A DNA stretch of 26,669 nt from Actinomycetes bacterium (GTDB taxonomy: Bacteria; Actinomycetota; CALGFH01): assembly GCA_035490035.1 (NCBI GenBank), contig DATHIG010000522.1:1-26669 (forward strand), given 5' to 3'. Positions 22,609 to 26,669 of the stretch are shown here, piece by piece; positions within the stretch are counted from its first letter, which is position 1, and the number at the start of each line of letters is the position of its first letter. Made by a program: the position numbers and the translations under genes. The notes below the pieces were generated by a model, which worked only from the letters and a program-made list of their open reading frames with translations, did not search any database and had not been told where the DNA came from.

Positions 22609-23406
22609 TCAGGGGATGCGGCGGGAGCCGACCGGGAAAGGGTCGGCACGGTCCAGGTCGAGCAGGCTGTAGCCGAAGTGGTTGGCGGCCGGCTCGTGGC
22701 GGCGGCACAGCGACCGGAAGCGCTCGCGGCGCCATCCCCTGGCCTCCGACAGCTCCTGCCACTGCCGTTGGTAGGTGGCGCTGCGGCGGGTGTCGATCCC
22801 GCCGGCTGGGATCGGCCCCTCCAGCTCCAGGAAGGCGGCGATCTCGGCCAGGGCCCGCTCCGGCTCCCCCACCAGCTGCTCGTACTTGACCACCAGCAGG
22901 TGGCGCAGGAAGGCGGCGTCCTCCTCGAACAGCCGGTGGGCGGCGAACCAGTGGTCGAGCAGGTCCCCGACCGAGCGGAGCCTCACCCACTTGCGGGTGG
23001 AGAGGCTGACGATCGCCGGGTGCCTGACCACCATCACGAAGCGGGCGTCGGGGAAGGCGGCCTGCAGGAACCGGCCCATCAGCAGGTTGGGCGGGGACTT
23101 CTCGACCAGGACCGGCTTGCCCAGGTCCCAGTGAGGCCGCCACTGCTCCGGCAGACGGGACGCGGTGTCCGGGGTGAGCAGCGGCGACGCCTCGGTGAGG
23201 TGGGAGGCTGGCCGCAGCGCGAACCGGCCAGGCCCGCCGTTGGCCTTGGCCGGAGGGTAGACGGTCTGGAGGTGCTGGCCCTCGTCCTCCTCCACGCCGG
23301 TGCCGTGGAAGCCGCTCACCTGCGGGTGCGCGGCCAGGCAGCGGGTCAGCGGGGTGGTGCCGCTGCGGTGCAGCCCGCCCACGAACACCAGCCGATGGTC
23401 GTTCAT
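22609..23406 (-). CDS. Sulfotransferase family protein (265 aa)
   Basis: FVGGLHRSGTT 5'-PSB loop, EKSPPN, VVRHP (3'-PB) and KYEQLV..P. ATG overlaps the upstream stop (ATGA). Confidence 0.88.
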   Translation of the reverse strand: MNDHRLVFVGGLHRSGTTPLTRCLAAHPQVSGFHGTGVEEDEGQHLQTVYPPAKANGGPGRFALRPASHLTEASPLLTPDTASRLPEQWRPHWDLGKPVLVEKSPPNLLMGRFLQAAFPDARFVMVVRHPAIVSLSTRKWVRLRSVGDLLDHWFAAHRLFEEDAAFLRHLLVVKYEQLVGEPERALAEIAAFLELEGPIPAGGIDTRRSATYQRQWQELSEARGWRRERFRSLCRRHEPAANHFGYSLLDLDRADPFPVGSRRIP

Positions 23407-24737
23407 CCGGTCCCCCCTTGTCGCAGGCGCCGCCCGAGCACCTCGAGCAGGGCGGCGCCGACCGTGTCCGGCCGGCCGGTCACCGCCGAGACCTCGGCCT
23501 CGGCGGCCCGGCAGAGCCGCTCCAGCAGGTACAGGGTGAGCAGCAGCTCCTCGACCCCGGCCTGCTGGCCCAGCTCGGCCAGCCGCGGCGCCGCCCGGTC
23601 GCGGCCGGTGGCCGCCGCCGCGGCCGGCGGCTGCCCGAGGCCCTGCAGGGCGGTCTGGTAGCCGAAATGGAGCAGGTCGAAGCCGAGCGGCACGCCGTCG
23701 CCGCTGCGCTCCCAGTCCCAGACCAGCAGCCGGCCAGGGGTCGAGCGCAGGTTCCATGGGCCCCAGTCGCCATGCCAGGTGGCGAAGGCGAGCCGGGTCG
23801 CCGCCTGCCCAGCGAGCGCCTCGATGGTGGCGTCGAGGGCGGTCGCGGCCCGGCCGTCGGTCTGCGTCCCGGCGGGCCCGACGTCCATGGCCTGCCGGAT
23901 GGGGGCCAGGCGCCGGCGCAGGCCGGCCCACCACGGGCTCTCCCCCAGCGGCATGACCTCGACCCCGCCGAGGGCGGCGACCTCCCTGGAGACGGCCGGC
24001 GGCGGCATGGCGTAGCGGCGGCCGCGGCGCCACAGCCGGTGGGGCAGGGCCGAGCTGATGGTGATCTCCAGCCCATGCCACTGGCCCTGGTGGAGCAGGC
24101 CGGGGGCGGTGAAGCTGCGCGGGCTGGCCTCGGCCAGCCGCCGCAGCATGTCGGCCTCGGCGCGGACCAGGCGGCGGGTCAGGTCGTTCCAGCCGACCTT
24201 CATGTAGCCGACCGGCTGGCCGCCGCGCCCGATGAGCTGCACGACCGGCTTGCGGTTGGGCCGCACCGGGCCCAGGACGATCGCGGCCGCCAGGTCGGGC
24301 CGGCCGAGCGCCGTGGCCACGTGGTCGCCGAGCAGGGTCCCCTCGGCCGGCCCGACGGCACCGAACAGCAGGCCGCGGCGGCGCAGCCACCACTGCAGGG
24401 CGCCGCTGCGCAGGCCGAGGCCGACCGCGGCCTTGGCCAGCCGGGCCCGCTGGGTCATGCCGTCGCTGTACTGGCGGACCGCCTCGGCGGCGGCCCGCCG
24501 CGAGGTCAGCGGCACCAGCACCCGCGGGCGCCGCAGGTCGGGCAGGACACCCCAGCCGAGCGACGACGGGACGCCGACCACCACCTCGACGCGGGGGGTC
24601 GGCCCCCACAGCACCTCGGCCAGCCATTCCAGCTCCCGGGCGCCGCCCCGGGGCCCGGCTCCGGGCGGGCGCCCCCCGCCGGCGGTCGGGGGGGGTTCGG
24701 GGAGGGCGGGCCGGCCCGCCCGACGGGTCGGGCTCAC
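23403..24737 (-). CDS. Protein-kinase-like (APH/choline-kinase-fold) phosphotransferase-like protein
   Basis: YMKVGW (ATP-binding Lys), AEAD (alphaC Glu), Brenner-like WHGDWGPWN and VWDWE. GTG 24737 overlaps the sulfatase stop. The N-terminal ~35 aa are low complexity, so the start is uncertain. Confidence 0.7.
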   Translation of the reverse strand: MSPTRRAGRPALPEPPPTAGGGRPPGAGPRGGARELEWLAEVLWGPTPRVEVVVGVPSSLGWGVLPDLRRPRVLVPLTSRRAAAEAVRQYSDGMTQRARLAKAAVGLGLRSGALQWWLRRRGLLFGAVGPAEGTLLGDHVATALGRPDLAAAIVLGPVRPNRKPVVQLIGRGGQPVGYMKVGWNDLTRRLVRAEADMLRRLAEASPRSFTAPGLLHQGQWHGLEITISSALPHRLWRRGRRYAMPPPAVSREVAALGGVEVMPLGESPWWAGLRRRLAPIRQAMDVGPAGTQTDGRAATALDATIEALAGQAATRLAFATWHGDWGPWNLRSTPGRLLVWDWERSGDGVPLGFDLLHFGYQTALQGLGQPPAAAAATGRDRAAPRLAELGQQAGVEELLLTLYLLERLCRAAEAEVSAVTGRPDTVGAALLEVLGRRLRQGGTG

Positions 24738-26125
24738 GGGCAGCCCGCCCCCTTGCAGGCACGGGCCGCGGCCAGGTCGGCGCCCAGCGTCGCTGGCGGG
24801 TCGTTGGCCGGGTCGTCGTCGGCGAGCAGATTTCGCTCCATGCCAGGGTCGCCGGCCAGGTCGTAGAACTCCCGGTAGACGCCGGGCCCGCCCGGCTGGT
24901 CGTAGTTCTCGATGTACTGCCAGGTGGCGGTGCGCAGGGCGGCCCAGTCGCGGATCCCAGGGGCGTTGGCCGGGTCGCGCCAGTACTCGGCCAGCAGCCG
25001 CTCGCGCCGCCCGCCGTCCAGCAGGGAGCGGCCGTCGACGGTGTCGTCGGGGTCGGGCCGGACGCCGGCCGCGGCCAGCACCGTCGGCTTGATGTCGATG
25101 GTGGCGACCAGGCGGTCGTCGACCGCGCCGGCGGGGAGCCGTCCCGGCCAGCGGGCCAGGAACGGGACCTTGATCGACTCGGTGTAGGGCACGAACTTGC
25201 CCACGTGACGGTGCTCCCCCCAGGAGTAGCCGTTGTCGGAGAGGAAGAAGACCAGCGTGTCGTCCAGCTCGCCGGTCTCCTGGAGCCTGCTCAGCACCCG
25301 GTCGACCAGGTCGTCGACCGACAGCAGGGTGCGCAGCTGGCCGGTCCGCAGCGCCGCCACCGTCGGCCCGGCCACCGGCGCCCGGTCGCGCAGGTAGCGG
25401 GGCTTGCCGGCGACGTCGGGCCCGCCAGCGGTCCCGGCCCGGCCCAGCGCCGGGAAGGTCGCCTTGGCGTACCTCGACTCCGGCACCCTTGGGTCGTGGG
25501 GGGCGAACGGGGCCAGGTAGGCGAACCAGGGCCGGGCGTCGTCGCGCTCGAACTCGGCCAGGTAGGCGAGGGCCTGGTCGCCGATGAAGCTGGTCGAGTA
25601 GGTGGGGACCCGGCGAACCTTGCCGTCCACCTGCCACACCTGGTTGTAGTAGCCGCCGTTGGCCAGTGCCCAGCGGTCGAAGAACGGCGGCGGGCGCCGC
25701 AGCGGCCAGCGGTTGAGGTACTTGCCGGCCATGGCCGTGCGATAGCCGGCGTCCCTGAGGTAGCGCTGCAGGGTGGTCCGCTGGTCGAGCCGGTCGGCCA
25801 GCCGCTGCCGGAGCACGCCGTGGTTGTGGACGTAGCGGCCGCTCAGGATCGACGCCCGCGACGGGCAGCAGCTCGGGGTGGTGGCGTACCCCTGGGTGTA
25901 GGTGACCCCGGCCTCGGCCAGCCAGCGCCGCGTCTTGGGCATCGCCTGGATGGTCTCGGCCCTGGCGTCGTCGGTCACCAGCACCAGCACGTTCGGCCGG
26001 TTGCCGTTCCCGGTCCCGCCGGGACCGGCCACGGCCCCGCCGGAGCGCCTCGAGGCGGTGAACGCCACCACGGCCAGGACCAGGGCGGCGACCACCACCC
26101 CGACCAGGACCAGCCGGCCGCCCAT
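24734..26125 (-). CDS. Formylglycine-dependent sulfatase, GNS/Sulf-like, with N-terminal membrane anchor
   Basis: PNVLVLVTDD, TTPSCCPSRASILSGRYVHNHGV (CxPxR), AGKYLN, PHDP, FLSDNG and GKFVPY. N-terminal hydrophobic helix. Start overlaps the flippase stop (ATG 26125 or GTG 26128). Confidence 0.92.
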   Translation of the reverse strand: MGGRLVLVGVVVAALVLAVVAFTASRRSGGAVAGPGGTGNGNRPNVLVLVTDDARAETIQAMPKTRRWLAEAGVTYTQGYATTPSCCPSRASILSGRYVHNHGVLRQRLADRLDQRTTLQRYLRDAGYRTAMAGKYLNRWPLRRPPPFFDRWALANGGYYNQVWQVDGKVRRVPTYSTSFIGDQALAYLAEFERDDARPWFAYLAPFAPHDPRVPESRYAKATFPALGRAGTAGGPDVAGKPRYLRDRAPVAGPTVAALRTGQLRTLLSVDDLVDRVLSRLQETGELDDTLVFFLSDNGYSWGEHRHVGKFVPYTESIKVPFLARWPGRLPAGAVDDRLVATIDIKPTVLAAAGVRPDPDDTVDGRSLLDGGRRERLLAEYWRDPANAPGIRDWAALRTATWQYIENYDQPGGPGVYREFYDLAGDPGMERNLLADDDPANDPPATLGADLAAARACKGAGCP

Positions 26126-26667
26126 CACGCCTCCGCACCGGGGGGGTTCGGGGTGGCGGCGCCGGCTCCCGGACCCATCGATCGGGACCGGCCGGCCCGC
26201 CGGCGCAGGATGTCGCGGAGGGCCTCCCACTCCAGGCGGTCCCGGAAGCGCCAGAGCAGGACCGCGTACAGGCCGACGCCGGCGGCGGCGTAGGCCACCA
26301 ACCCGGCGACGGTCGGGCCGAGCAGGGCCCGGATGCCCAGCCCGACCAGCCCGAAGCTGACCGCCGACAGCACCGCGGCAACGCCGGTCCCCTGCCCGAA
26401 CGGGTGCAGGCCCATCGACCGCCACACCTGGACCAGCGGGAGCAGATTGTTGAGCAGGATGCCGACCGCGAACGCCACCGCCGCCCCGGCCAGGCCGTAC
26501 CGGGGGGTGAGGGCGAAGTTGAGGGCCAGGTTGGCGCCGAGGGAGACCAGGGTGTTGAACAGGTTCCAGGAGCTGCGGCCGCCCATCAGCAGCACCACGT
26601 CGACCGGCCCGACCGCGGTGGCGACCAGCATGGTGGCCGACAGGATGACCAGCACCACCTGGCCGTC
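26125..26667 (-). CDS. Wzx-like polysaccharide flippase (C-terminal part; truncated by the window edge)
   Basis: GPVDVVLLMGGRS..NL.N.L...GANLALNFALTPRYGLAGAAVA matches the C-terminal pattern of polysaccharide biosynthesis exporters. Frame is open to the window end. Confidence 0.85.
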   Translation of the reverse strand, partial: DGQVVLVILSATMLVATAVGPVDVVLLMGGRSSWNLFNTLVSLGANLALNFALTPRYGLAGAAVAFAVGILLNNLLPLVQVWRSMGLHPFGQGTGVAAVLSAVSFGLVGLGIRALLGPTVAGLVAYAAAGVGLYAVLLWRFRDRLEWEALRDILRRRAGRSRSMGPGAGAATPNPPGAEA

Positions 26668-26669
26668 GG

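Noticed and set aside
26044-26058. SRRSG in the sulfatase N-terminus as a Tat motif
   Set aside because: The arginine pair follows the hydrophobic helix instead of preceding it and lacks the xFLK context.
15103-26125. Nucleocidin/ascamycin-type sulfamoyl-nucleoside antibiotic cluster as the main interpretation
   Set aside because: It shares enzyme classes, but radical-SAM, amidinotransferase and nucleoside-tailoring genes are absent and the operon is led by a polysaccharide flippase. Kept only as a low-weight alternative.
23403-26381. 992-aa and 717-aa (22609-24762) minus-strand ORFs as single multidomain proteins
   Set aside because: Their N-terminal parts are shifted frames of the upstream genes. 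Each true gene has its own overlapping start.
1-26669. CRISPR arrays, tRNA/rRNA genes, riboswitches, T-box before aspS, transposases or integrases
   Set aside because: No regularly spaced repeats or recognisable RNA-gene or recombinase signatures were seen. Intergenic gaps are mostly under 100 nt (60 nt before aspS). A covariance-model search would be needed to exclude small RNAs in 14020-14390.

Overview
Very GC-rich, Actinomycetota-like DNA. Most of the long ORFs in the six-frame track are shadow frames. The left third is mostly housekeeping: the 3' part of a fused secDF, a KhtT/KhtU (CpeA/CpeB-like) K+/H+ antiporter pair, an HtpX-like M48 protease with a small membrane protein, the pgsA-patA-pimA phosphatidylinositol-mannoside operon, and a divergent EF-G2 paralogue. 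From about 9.3 kb onward the window is an accessory region dominated by sulfate-transfer functions. It holds two sulfotransferases, a sat-cysC PAPS-synthesis pair followed by a PHP-family phosphatase (candidate PAP-recycling enzyme in place of CysQ), and a minus-strand operon of Wzx-type flippase, membrane-anchored GNS/Sulf-like sulfatase, kinase-fold protein and sulfotransferase. Also present are a Tat-exported PhoD-like phosphatase, a secreted seven-repeat beta-propeller protein, and a divergent regulatory module of a sensor-less histidine kinase plus two atypical NarL-type regulators. A MazF/PemK toxin-antitoxin pair, an MFS transporter and an archaeal-type AspRS sit between the sulfation modules. 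My best hypothesis (inference) is a system for making, exporting and remodelling a sulfated, possibly also phosphorylated, surface polysaccharide. I saw no rRNA, tRNA, CRISPR array or transposase. All family assignments come from motif recognition, not database searches.
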